NCBI RefSeq assembly: GCF_006345805.1
Contig: NC_043026.1
Span: 7,378,001-7,442,000, forward strand
Origin: Octopus sinensis
Taxonomy: Eukaryota
Length of the DNA: 64,000 nucleotides
Direction: 5' to 3'
Shown piece by piece: positions 1 to 15,655 of this stretch. The notes beneath the pieces are model-generated. The model had not been told where the DNA came from, did no database searches, and worked only from the letters and a program-made list of their open reading frames with translations. A program made the position numbers and the translations under genes. Positions within the stretch are counted from its first letter, which is position 1. Every line of letters starts with the position of its first letter.

Positions 1-3000
1 ATGTGTGAATGTATGTATGTATGTGTGAATGTATGTATGTATGTGTGATTGTATGTGTGAATGTATGAATGTATGTATGTATGTATGTATGAATGTATGT
101 ATGTATGTATGAATGTATGTTTGAAAGTATGTATGTATGTGTGAATGTATGTATGTATATGTGAATGTCTGTATGTATGTATGAATGTATGTGTGAATGT
201 ACGTATGTATGTGTGAATGTGTGAATGTATGTGTGAATGTATGTATGTATGTGTGAATGTGTGAATGTATGTGTGAATGTATGTATGTATGTGTGAATGT
301 ATGTACGTATGTATGAATGTACGTATGTATGTATGAATGTATGTATGTATGTATGTATGTGTGAATGTATGTATGTATGTATGTGTGAATGTATGTGTGA
401 ATGTATGTATGTATGTGTGAATGTATGTATGTATGTATGAATGTATGTATGTATGAATGTATGTATGTATGTATGTATGTATGTGTGAATGTATGTATGT
501 ATGTATGTGTGAATGTATGTGTGAATGTATGAATGTATGTGTCAATGTATGTATGTTTGTGTGAATGTATGTATGTATGTATGAATGCATGTATATATGT
601 GTGAATGTATGTATGTATGTGTGATTGTATGTATGCATGTGTGAATGTATGTATGTATGTGTGAATGTATGTATGTATGTGTGAATGTATGTATGTATGT
701 GTGAATGTATGAATGTATGTGTGATTGTATGTATGTATGTGTGAATGTATGAATGTATGTGTGAATGTATGTATGTATGTATACATGCATGCATGCATGT
801 ATGTGTGAATGTATGTGTGTATGTATGAATGCATGTATGTATGTGTGTATGAATGCATGTATGTATGTATGTATGTGTGAATGTATGTATGTTTGTGTGA
901 ATGTATGTATGTATGAATGTATGAATGTATGTGTGAATGTATGTGTGAATGTATGTATGTATGTGTGAATGTATGAATGTAAGTGTGAATGTATGAATGT
1001 ATGTTTGAATGTATGTATGAATGTATGTGTGAATGTATGTATGAATGTATGTGTGAATGTATGTATGTATGTGTGAATGTATGAATGTATGTGTGATTGT
1101 ATGTATGTATGTGTGAATGTATGTATGTATGTATGAATGTATGTATGAATGTATGTGTGAATGTATGTATGTATGTGTGAATGTATGTATGAATGTGTGA
1201 ATGTATGTATGTGTGAATGTATGAATGTATGTGTGAATGTATGTGTGAATGTAGGTATGTATGTGTGAATGTATGTATGTATGTGTGAATGTATGAATGT
1301 ATGTATGTATGTGTGAATGTATGAATGTATGTGTGAATGTTTGTATGTATGTATGTATGTATGTGTGATTGTATGTATGTATGTATGTATGTGTGAATGT
1401 ATGTATGAATGTATGTATGTATGTATGTATGTATGTATGTATGTATGTATGTATGTATGTATGTGTGAATGTATGTATGTATGTGTGAATGTATGTATGT
1501 AGGTATGTATGTATGTATGTATGTATGTATGTAGTATGTATGTATGATGTAGTGTGTGATGTATGTATGTATGTATGTATGTGTGAATGTATGTATGAAT
1601 GTATGTATGTATGTATGTATGTATGTATGTATGTATGTATGTGTGAATGTATGTATGTATGTGTGAATGTATGTATGTATGTATGTATGTATGTATGTAT
1701 GTATGTATGTATGTATGTATGTATGTATGTATGTATGTGTGAATGTATGTATGTATGTGTGAATGTATGTATGTATGTGTGAATGTATGTATGTATGTAT
1801 GTATGTATGTATGTATGTATGTATGTATGTATGTATGTATGTATGTGTGAATGTATGTATGTATGTATGTATGAATATATGTATGAATGTATGTATGTAT
1901 GTATGTATGTATGTATGTGTGAATGTATGTATGTATGTGTGAATGTATGAATGTATGTATGTATGAATGTATGTATGTATGTATGTATGTGTGAATGTAT
2001 GTATGAATGTATGTATGTATGTATGTATGTATGTATGTATGTATGTATGTATGTATGTGTGAATGTATGTATGTATGTGTGAATGTTTGTATGTATGTGT
2101 GAATGTATGTGTGAATGTATGTATGTATGTATGTATGTATGTATGTATGTATGTATGTGTGAATGTATGTATGTATGTGTGAATGTATGAATGTATGTAT
2201 GTATGTATGTATGTATGTATGTATGTATGTGTGAATGTATGTATGTATGAATGTATGTATGTATGTGTGAATGTATGAATGTATGTATGAATGTATGTAT
2301 GTATGTATGCATGAATGTATGTATGTATGTATGTATGTATGTATGTATGTATGTATGAATGTATGTATGTATGTATGTATGTATGAATGTATGGTGAATG
2401 TATGTGTGAATGTATGTATGTATGTATGTATGTATGTATGTGTGAATGTATGTATGTATGTGTGAATGTATGAATGTATGTATGAATGTATGTATGTATG
2501 TATGCATGAATGTATGTGTGAATGTATGTATGTATGAATGTATGTATGTATGTGTGAATGTATGAATGTATGTATGAATGTATGTATGTATGTATGCATG
2601 AATGTATGTATGTATGTATGTATGTATGTATGTATGAATGTATGTATGTATGTATGTATGTATGAATGTATGTGTGAATGTATGTATGTATGTATGTATG
2701 AATGTATGTATGTATGTATGTATGTATGAATGTATGTGTGAATGTATGTATGTATGAATGTATGTATGTATGTGTGAATGTATGATGTATGTATGAATGT
2801 ATGTATGTATGTATGTATGTATGAATGTATGTAGTATGTGTGAATGTATGTATGTATGTGTGAATGTATGTATGTATGTCTGAATGTATGAATGTATGTA
2901 TGTATGTATGTATGAATGTATGTATGTATGTATGAATGTATGTGTGAAAGTATGTATGTATGTGTGAATGTATGTATGTATGTGTGAATGTATGTATGTA

Positions 3001-3777
3001 TGAATGTATGTGTGAATGTATGAATGTAAGTGTGAATGTATGTATGTATGTATGTATGTATGTATGTATGTGTGAATGTGTGAATGTATGTGTGAATGTA
3101 TGTATGTATATGTGAATGTATGTATGTATGTATGAATGTATGTATGTAAGTATGAATGTATGTATGTATGTATGTATGTGTGAATGTATGTATGTATGTA
3201 TGTATGTGTGAATGTATGTGTGAATGTATGTATGTATGTATGTATGTGTGAATGTATGTATGTATGTGTGAATGTATGTATGTATGTGTGAATGTATGAA
3301 CGTATGTGTGAATGTATGTGTGAATGTATGTATGTATGTGTGAATGCATGTATGTATGTGTGAATGTATGTATGTATGTGTGAATGTATGTGTGTATGTG
3401 TGAATGTATGTATGTATGTGTGAATGTATGTGTGAATGTATGTATGTATGTATGTATGTGTGAATGTATGAATGTATGTGTGAATGAATGTATGTATGTA
3501 TGTATGTATGTATGTATGAATGTATGTGTGAATGTATGTATGTTATGAATGTATGTATGTATGTATGTTTGTATGTATGTATGTATGATGTATGTATGTT
3601 GTGAATGTATGTGTGTATGCATGTATGAATGTATGATTGTATGTATGTATGAATGTATGTGTGTATGTATGTATTAATATATGTATGTATGTATGTATGC
3701 GTGTATGTATGTATGTATGAATGTACATATGTATGTATGTATAAATGAATCTATAAATGTGTGTATGTAAGTATGTA
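1..3777. repeat. (ATGT)n tetranucleotide satellite, left arm (runs off window start)
   Basis: Continuous ATGT repeats with GTGA/ATGA variant units that form 12- and 20-nt higher-order units such as gtgaatgtatgtatgtatgt. Confidence 0.97.
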
Positions 3778-6399
3778 TACATACATACATACATTCACAC
3801 AGCCATACATACATACAAACATTCATACATACATATATACATTAATACATACATACATACATTCATACATACATACATGCATAGATACATTCATTCATAC
3901 ATACATACATATATGCATATATTCATGCATACTTACATACTTGCATTCATACATTCCTACATACATATATACATTCATACATACATACATTCATGCATAC
4001 ATACATACATACATGCATGCATTCTTACATGCATACATTACACACATATATGCATGCATGCATATATGCATGCATGCATACAAACATACATACATACATT
4101 CATACATACATACATACATGCATGCATATATACACACATACATACATTGATACGTAAATACATACACACATGCATACATACATACATACATATACATATA
4201 TATATATTTATACATACATACATATATACGATCATACACACATTCATATACACATGCATACATACATACGTGCATACATACATACATTCATAGAGATACA
4301 ACACACATACACAAACTCATTCATACATTCATACATACCTACTTTTATTCATACATACATATATACATACATACATACATTCATACATACATATATATAC
4401 ACATTCATACATACATACACACATACATACATTCATACTTACATATATACGTACGTACATACGTACATATATACAGATATACATACATACATTCTTACAT
4501 GCATACATTTATTCATACATACGTACATACATGCATGCATACATACAATATAAATCCATGCATACATACAATCATACATTCATACATGCATACATACATG
4601 CATGCATATATACACACATACATACATTGATACATAAATACATACACACATGCATGCATACATATATAGATACATAAATATATATATATATATTTATACA
4701 TACATACATATATACGATCATACACACATTCATACATACATGCATACATACATACGTGCATACATACATACATACAAACATTCATACATACATTCATACT
4801 TTCACACATATATTCATATATACATACATACATTCACAGATACACAAACTCATCCATACATACAGTATACATACATGCATTCATACATACATTCATACAT
4901 ACATACCTACATGCTTACCTACATATATACAATCATGCATACATACATGCATACATACATACATACAAACTTACATACATACATGAATGAATTTATATAT
5001 ACATGCATACATCAGTCCATCCATACATACAAGCATACATACTTACATACATACATTCATACATACATTCATACATTCACACATTCATACATACATTCAT
5101 ACATACATTCATACATACATTCACACATACATACATACATTCACACATACATAGATACATTCACACATACATGCATATATATATACATGCAAATATTCAT
5201 ACACACATTAATACATACACACAAACATACATACATTCATTCATACATACATACATACACACACATACATACGTTCAAACATACATATATACATTCATAC
5301 ATACATACACTCATGCATACATACACACACATACATGCACACATACATACATACATTCACACATACATACATACATACATACATACATACATACATACAT
5401 ACATACACACATACATACATATATACATGCATACATACATATGTACATACATCCATATATACATAAATACATTGATACATACATGCATGCACACATACAA
5501 ACGTACATACATACATGCATTCATGCATACATACATACATTCATTCATACATATATACTTTTATACATACATACTTACATATTTACATTCATACATCCAT
5601 CCATCCATCCATACATACATACATACATACATACATACATACATACATACATACATACATACATACATACATACATTCATACATATATACTTTTATACAT
5701 ACATACTTACATATATACATTCATACATACATACATACATTCATACATACATACATTCACACATACATACATACATGCATACATACATACATGCATACAT
5801 ACATACATTCATACATACATACACACGTACACACACACATAGATACACACACATACATACATACATGCATACGTACATACATTCAAACATACATATATAC
5901 ACACACATATGCATACATTCAAACATTCATACATACATACATAAATACATACATATATACATACATACATTCCTTCATACATACATACACACTCACATAC
6001 TTACATTCATACATACATACATACATTCCTACATACATACATACATTTATGCATACGTAAATAGACACATATATACATACATTCATACATACATACATAC
6101 ACACTTACATACATTCATACATACATACATATACACATACATACATTCATACGTACATACATGCATGCATGCATACATACATACTACATACATAATACAC
6201 ACATACATACATACATACATATACATACAACATACATTCATACATACATACATACATACATTACATTCATACATACATAATACATACATACATATATACA
6301 TACATCATACATTACATAATACATACATAACATACATACATATATTCATACATACATACATCATACATACATCAACATACATACATACATACATACATT

Positions 6400-6431
<32 letters not shown>

Positions 6432-6475
6432 CATACATACATACATTCATAAATACATACATTCATACATACATT

Positions 6476-6506
<31 letters not shown>

Positions 6507-6603
6507 TCATACATACATACATACATACATACACACATTCATGCATACATTCATACATACATACATTCATACATACATTCATACATACATACATACATAC
6601 ATT

Positions 6604-6635
<32 letters not shown>

Positions 6636-9600
6636 CATACATTCATACATACATTCATACATACATACATACATACATATATTCATACATACATACATTC
6701 ATACATACATTCATACATACATACATACATACATACATTCATACATACATACATACATACATATATACATACATACATACATTCATACATACATACATTC
6801 ATACATACATATATACATAACATACATACAACATACATTACATACATACATTCACACATACATTCATACGTTCACACATACATACATACATACATACATA
6901 CATACATACATTCACACATACATTCATACGTTCACACATACATACATTCATACATACATACATACATACATTCACACATACATTCATAACATTATACATA
7001 CATAACATTCATACATACATACATACATACATATTCATACATACATACATTACATACATACACACATCATGCATACATTCATACATACATACATTCATAC
7101 ATACATTACAACATACATTCATACATACATTCATACATACATACATACACCTTCATTCATACATACATACATACATACATTCATACATACATTCATGCAT
7201 ACATTATACATACATACATACATATACATACATTCATACATACATTCATACATACAGACATACATACATACATTCATACATGACATTCATTACATACATA
7301 CATACATACATTACATACATACATTCATACATACATACATACATACATACACACATTCATGCATACATTCATACATACATACATTCATACATACATTCAT
7401 ACATACATTCATACATACATACATACATACATACATTCATGCATACATACATACATACATACATATATACATACATTCATACATACATTCATACATACAT
7501 ACATACATACATATATTCATACATACATACATTCATACATACATTCATACATACATACATACATACATACATACATACATTCATACATACATACATACAT
7601 ACATATATACATACATACATACATTCATACATACATACATTCATACATACATATATACATACATACATACATACATACATACATACATACATACATACAT
7701 TCACACATACATTCATACGTTCACACATACATACATACATACATACATACATACTTACATTCACACATACATTCATACATTCACACATACATACATACAA
7801 ACATACATACATGCATGCATACATTCATTCATACATATATACATATATACATACATACTCAAATACATTCATACATACATACATACATACATATATACAC
7901 ACATATATACATACATACATACATATATACATGCATACATACATAAGTATATACATCCATATATACATAAATACATTCATACATACATGCATACATACAT
8001 ACATACATTCATACATACATTCATACATACATACATACATTCATACATACATACACACACTCATACATACATACATACATTCATACATACACACATACAT
8101 TCACACATACATACATACATGCATACATACATACACACATACATAGATATACACATACATACATACATACATTCATTCATACATACTTACCAGCATACAT
8201 ATATATACATACATACATATATACATTCATACGTACATATATACATACATCAATACATACATTCATAAATACATACATACACACACATACATACATTAAT
8301 ACATACATACATGCATACGTACATGCACACAAACATACATACATTCATACATACATACACACGTACACACACACATACATACACACACATACTTACATAC
8401 ATGCATACATACATACATTCAAACATACATATATACACACACACATATATATACATTCATACATTCATACATACATACATATATACATACATATATACGT
8501 ACATACATTCATACATACCTACATATATACATACTTACATTCATACATACATACATACATTCCTACATACATACATACATTTATGCATACGTACATAGAC
8601 ACATATATACATACATTCATACATACATACATACATACATACATACATACATTCATACATACATCCATCCATACATACATTCTTACAAGCATACATACAT
8701 ACATTCATGCACATATATACACTTATATATACATACCCATATACATACATTCATACATATATACATATACACATACAAACATTCATACATACATACATAC
8801 ATACACACATACATACATACATACATACATACAAACATACATTCATACATACATACATATATACATACGTACACACACATACGTACATTCATACATACAA
8901 ACATACATTCATACATACATACATACATATATACATACATACACACATACATACATACATTCATACATACATTCATACATACATATATACATACATACAT
9001 ACATACATACATACATACATACATTCATACTTACATTCATACATACATATATTCATACATACATTCATACATACATACATTCATACATACATACATTCAT
9101 ACATACATACATACATTCACACATACATACATACATGCATGCATGCATGCATACATACATACATTAATACATACATACATTCATACATACATACATACAT
9201 ACATACATACATACGTTCATACATACATACATACATATATTCTCACATACATTCATACATACATACATTCATTCATACATACATACATATATACATACAT
9301 ACACAAATACATACATACATCATACATATATACACACATATATACATTTATACATACAGACATACATATTTACTTTCGTACATACATTCATAAATACACA
9401 CATACATGCATATATACATACATGCAAATATTCATACATACATTAATACATACATACACACATACACACATACATACATGCGTACATACATACACACAAG
9501 CATACATACATTCATTCATACATACATACATACATACACACACATACATACGTTCAACCATACATATATACATTCATACATAAATACACACACTCATACA

Positions 9601-11331
9601 TACATACAATCATACATACATACATTCATACTTACAAACACACACATACATGCATACATACATGCATACATACATACATACATGCATATATTCATACATA
9701 CATTCATACATACATACATACATACGTACATACATACATACATATATACTTGCATACATACATTCATACATACATACATACATGCATACATACATTGATA
9801 CATACATGCATGCATACATACAAACGTACATACATACATGCATTCATGCATACATACATACATACATACATACATACATACATACATACATACATACATA
9901 CATACATTCATGCATACATACATACATACATACATTCATACATACATTCATACATTCACACATACATACATACATTCACACATACATACTTACATACTTA
10001 CATTCATACATCCATACATAGATACATACATATATACTTTTATACATACATACTTACATATATACATTCATACATACATACATACATACATACATACATA
10101 CATACATACATACATACATACATACATTCATACATACATACACACACTCATACATACATTCATACATACATACATACATACATACATACATACATACATA
10201 CATTCATTCATACATTCATTCATTCATACATACATACACACATTCATACATACATACATACATAGATATATATGTACATACATACATGCATGCATACATA
10301 CATACATTCATTCATACATACACACATACATACATACATACAATACATACATACATACATACATTCGTTCATTCATACTTACAAGCATACATACATATAT
10401 ACATATATACATATATACATTCATACATACAACTATACATACATCAATACATACATTCATAAATACATACATACATACACACACATATATACATTAATAC
10501 ATACATACATTCATACATACATACACACATACATACATACACGCATACATACATACACACAAACATACATACATTCATACATACATACACACGTACACAC
10601 ACATACACACACATACATACATACATGCATACGTACATACATTCAAACATATATATATATACACACATATACATACATTCATACATACATACATACACAT
10701 ATACATACATACATTCATACTTACCTACATATATACATACATACATTCATACATACATACATACACACTCACATACTTACATTCATACATACATACATAC
10801 ATTCCTACATACATACATTTATGCATACATACACAGACACATATATACATACATTCATACATACATACATACACACGTACATACATTCATACATACATAC
10901 ATATATTCATACATACATACATGCATACATACATACATTCATACATACATACATACATACATACATAGATACATACATACATACATACATACATACATAC
11001 ATGCATACATACATACATACATACATACATGCCTTCATACATTCATACATACTTACATTGATACATACTTATATACATACATACATTCTTACAAGCATAC
11101 ATACATACATTCATGCATATATCTACATTTATACATACATACACATATACATACATTCATACATACATACATAAATACATACATACATACATACATACAT
11201 ACATACAAACATACATTCATACATACATACATATATACATACATACATTCATACATACATTCATACATACATACATACATATATACATTCATACATAGAT
11301 ACATACATACATACATACATACATACATACA

Positions 11332-11365
<34 letters not shown>

Positions 11366-12762
11366 CATACATACATACATTCATACATACATTCATACAT
11401 ACATACATTCATACATACATACATACATACATTCATTCATACATACATACATACATACATACATACATACATTCATACATACATACATTCATACATACAT
11501 ACATAAATATATACATACATACATACATTCATACATACATCATTACATAATATATACATACATACATTCATACATACATCATAAATACATACATTACATC
11601 CATACCTACATACATACATACATATATACATACATACATAACATACATACATCATACATATTCATACATACATACATTACATACATACATACATACATAA
11701 TTAACATTCATACATACATACATACATACATTCATACATACATTATTCATACATACATACATACATATATTCATACATGCATACATATATTTATAGATAC
11801 ATACATTCATACATACCTACATATATACATACATACATACATACATACATACATTCATACATACATACATACATACATACATTCATAGATACATACATAT
11901 ATTTATAGATACATACATACATACATATATACATACATACATATATACATACATACATTTAAACATACATACATTTATATATACATTCATACATGTATAC
12001 ATAGATACATACATTCATACATACATATATACATATAAACATACATACATGCATACATACATACATACATGCATGCATACATTCATGCATACATACATAC
12101 ATTCACACATACATACATACATTCACACATACATATATACCTTCATACATACATACACACACTCATACATACATACATACATACATTCATACATACATAC
12201 ATACATTCACACATACATACATACGTACATATATCCATATATACACAAATACATTGATACATACATGCATGCATACATAGAAACGTACATACATACATAC
12301 ATTTATACAAACATACATCATACATTCTTACTTACACACACACACACAAATATATTCATACATGCATAGATTCATTCATAGATACATACACACATCATTC
12401 ATACACACATACATATATACATACATACATGCATGCATACATACATACCTATATACATCCATACATACATACATACATACGTACCTGCATACATACATAC
12501 ATACATACATATATACATTCATGCGTACATATATACATTCATTCATACATACATTCATACATACATTCATACATACATTCATACATACATTCGTACATAT
12601 TTACATACATACATACATTCCTACATACATACATACATACAAGCATACATACGTACACACATGCATACATTCATACATACATACATACATACACGAACAT
12701 AAATGCATACATACATATATACATACATTCATACATTCACACATACATACATACATACATAC
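3778..12762. repeat. (ACAT)n satellite, right arm, inverted relative to left arm and more degenerate
   Basis: The same repeat on the opposite strand. The switch is at gtatgta|tacatac (3771-3784). Confidence 0.97.
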
Positions 12763-12849
12763 ATCACTCTTGTGATATAGTTTGCGTTTATTTTTGCCGC
12801 TGTCATTCCAACCATGACCATCCGGTGTTCTCCCTTCAACGTTTTAAAA
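12763..12849 (-). other. Candidate 87-nt exon of an unidentified minus-strand gene; possible CDS start at 12821 (MVMVGMTAAKINANYITRV...)
   Basis: Acceptor ttagatttcactctgcag| and donor gat|gtatgt. One frame is open across the exon with three ATGs. An upstream donor cgg|gtgagt at 13012 gives a 163-nt intron. No protein family recognised. Confidence 0.4.
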
Positions 12850-12889
12850 CTGCAGAGTGAAATCTAAGAGTAGAATTGACTGCTCTTTC

Positions 12890-13100
12890 TAGGAAATCAA
12901 ACGACCACAAACCAACTCCCTACCGTTGTCGCAGGAATATCGTAGTTCCCCCTTCCTCTCCTCCTCCTCCTCCTAATCCTCTCGCAATCCGGGTCACTGG
13001 ACCATGACTCACCCGAATTATGTCCCTTGAAATTAGATCGTTCACGTAAGTTTATCCGAGTTATGTCCCTTATTGGAACACGTCCAATCATAGCAATATA
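12890..13100. promoter_or_regulatory. CpG-rich putative promoter/first exon
   Basis: Unique CpG-rich sequence with two opposed CCAAT boxes (attgg, ccaat) at about 13072-13088, a duplicated 16-mer and a minus-strand splice donor at 13012. Confidence 0.4.
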
Positions 13101-13123
13101 GATGCTTACATATTGACGATATA

Positions 13124-13418
13124 GAGGCGCAATGGCCCAGGGGTTAGGGCAGTGGACTCCCGGTCGTAGGATCGTGGTTTCGATTCCCAGATCGGGCGTT
13201 TTGAGTGTTTATTGAGCGAAAACACCTAAGACGCTCCAAAGGCTCCGGCAGGGGGTGGTGGCGATCCCTGCTGTACTCTTTCACCACTCTTTCTTCTGTT
13301 GGCCTGCTCGCTTAGCCAGTGGGGTGGCGTCAATTGAAGGCTAAAACAATGCGAACGCATTGTGACCAGCGATGTGTAACTACATCTGATGGACTTGTCG
13401 GTCACGTGATCACGTGAT
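13124..13418 (+). mobile_element. tRNA-derived SINE (family D, tail type 1)
   Basis: A-box-like tggcccaggggtt and B-box-like gtttcgattcc. Its head is shared with 14280-14567. It ends in tcacgtgatcacgtga. Confidence 0.8.
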
Positions 13419-13928
13419 ATTGAGGACATAATCGTTAAAAGGATTATGCCACAGGCCAGCGTAAAGAACAAACCCCACCATATCGGTAACATTAATATTC
13501 AAGCGAATAATTATGAATATATTATTATAATTACGGACGCAAATATGCTAGAAATAGATGTCAAATGTCTACATTTGACATCAACTTGTAACGTATTGGC
13601 ATTGTCCCTGAAGCGTCCTTAATTATAACTATATATTTATAATTATATACTTAAATGTGTATATATGTATATATATATGTGTGTATACAGATATAGTTAT
13701 GTATATAAATATATGAGTCTACAATTATTTGGTAATCTGCGCCGAATTTACATTTCTGTATATTATAATATTTTATAAGCTGAAAGCTTGCAAGCGATCA
13801 CTGCGCATTGACTAAAGCAAATAGTCTGTATCTTGGGGCATATAAGCCCTCAACGGATAAATGCAGAGTCTGCCGTTCGCACACCTCTCTGGGGTGTGAT
13901 TTCCAGTCCGATGAGTGCGGCAGACCCT

Positions 13929-14079
13929 ACGTTCTCAGTTCAAATTCCGCCGAGGTCGACTTTGCCTTTCATCCTTTCGGGGTTGGTAAACTAAGTACCA
14001 GTTGCGTACAAGGGTCGGTTTAATCGACTGGCCCCCTCCCCAAAATTTCTGGCCTTGTGCCTAGAGCAGAAAAGAATAA
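13929..14079 (+). mobile_element. SINE family B, 5'-truncated
   Basis: The core gttcaaattccgccgaggtcgactttgcctttcatcctttcgggg...aagtaccag recurs in more than 10 copies in this window. Confidence 0.85.
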
Positions 14080-14279
14080 CCGATGTGTGTCTTTCTAGCA
14101 AGTGTACAAGGTTCAAACTCGAGGACGGAAGATTAACGTTTCGCACATTGCAAGGAAATCGTGTCACCACACGAGTTGTCTCCCCTGAAGAAACAGGGGA
14201 GACAACTCTTGCCGCGACGCGATTCGTTTACGTCAGACCTGGTCAACTCGCATTACATGCTGGTGTTGGTGTTGGAGTG

Positions 14280-14567
14280 GAGGCGCAGTGGCCCAGTGTT
14301 TAGAGCAGAGGATTCGCGGGTTCGATTCCCAGACCGGGCGTTGTGTATATTTATTGAGCGAAAACACCTAAAAGCTCCACGAGGCTCCGGCAGGGGCTGG
14401 TGGCGACCCCTGTTGTACCCTTTCACCACAACCTTCTCTCACTCTCTCTTTTCCTGTTTCTTGAGTAATGTTGCGATGGACTGGCGTCCCGTCCAGCTGG
14501 GGGGAACACATACGCCATTGAAACCGGGAAACCGGGCCCATGTGCCTGGCTAGGCTTGAAAAGGGCG
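14280..14567 (+). mobile_element. tRNA-derived SINE (family D, tail type 2)
   Basis: Same head as 13124 but a different 3' half. Flanked by tgttggtgttgga on both sides (likely TSD). Confidence 0.8.
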
Positions 14568-14989
14568 ATGTTGGTGTTGGAATAGAAGGTTTATGTTTAG
14601 TAAGAAAGTTCTTGTAAACTTGTTGAAAACATATGAAAGTACACCGTCGGCTGTCTTTGCTGATTTGGGTATAAATGTGTCTATTCCACGGCACGTCACC
14701 TGTCGCTGTCCCTCTGTACCAGGCCTGGCCAACTCGAATTACATTGCAATCCACTTTAAATAATATAATAATGAAATTATTGTATACAGTGCTCAGGTGC
14801 ACCACAACTTGTCAAAAGTGCGTATAAAGAATATGCAGTAATGTAGAAATGTCTGGAAAGTGAACAGTGGATGAGTCAGATACAGTTTTCCCATAATAAT
14901 GGTGGATATAAAAAAAAAAAACAAATATCTAATTAAAAAAAACACAAACAAAAGCGAAGTTTGTATATATAATTTATTTTAGCTGTTAG

Positions 14990-15617
14990 GTAATGTGTGC
15001 ATGTGTTTATATATATACGTGTGTCTGCATATGCATAGATATTTATAAGTGTGTATATGCATCGATATGTATAAGTGTAGATATATATATATATATACAT
15101 ATGTGTGTGCATATGTGTGTATATGCATATGTATGTGTGTGTGTATGTTAGTTTGTTTCTTTTTATTGAAACTGAAGGTAGGAGTTTGCCTCATGGTTCA
15201 AGTTTCATGGTGTAGCCATCTACAGGCGAGAACTTTCAGTTTCAGCCTCAAAAACAAACAAAACAGAAAAAAATTTTTTTTAAACATGTATTGAATACTC
15301 CTCTCTCATCTGTCTGACATAAGCCATATATATATATGTGTGTGTGTGTGTGTAAGTATATATGTGTATGCATATATATGTGTGTGTGTGTACGTTCACA
15401 TACACATGTATGTATGTTTATGTGCATATATATATATGTATGTATAGATATGCATATTTGTGTGTATGTATATACACATGTATGTGTATATATGTATATA
15501 TATATATATTATATAATATATATATATATACATACACACATACCAATATTTAGTATATAAATACCCAACAGGACTCAGCACCACCATATAACTTCCATAT
15601 ATGTGTGTGTATGTATA

Positions 15618-15655
<38 letters not shown>

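Noticed and set aside
542-3622. 1026-aa HTYI-repeat ORF and the many other HTYI/MYVC ORFs up to 12.8 kb
   Set aside because: These are translations of (ACAT)n/(ATGT)n. The ACAT strand rarely generates stop codons in any frame, so long ORFs are expected by chance.
13868-13925. Small fold gtctgccg...cggcagac with inner cacacc/ggtgtg stem (tRNA- or Y-RNA-like)
   Set aside because: It lacks tRNA arms and Pol III boxes, is short, and adjoins a repeat-family end.
14560-14760. Stop-free frames on both strands (for example SKKVLVNLLKTYESTPSAVFADLG)
   Set aside because: No recognisable family and no convincing splice pair. It is flanked by repeat ends.
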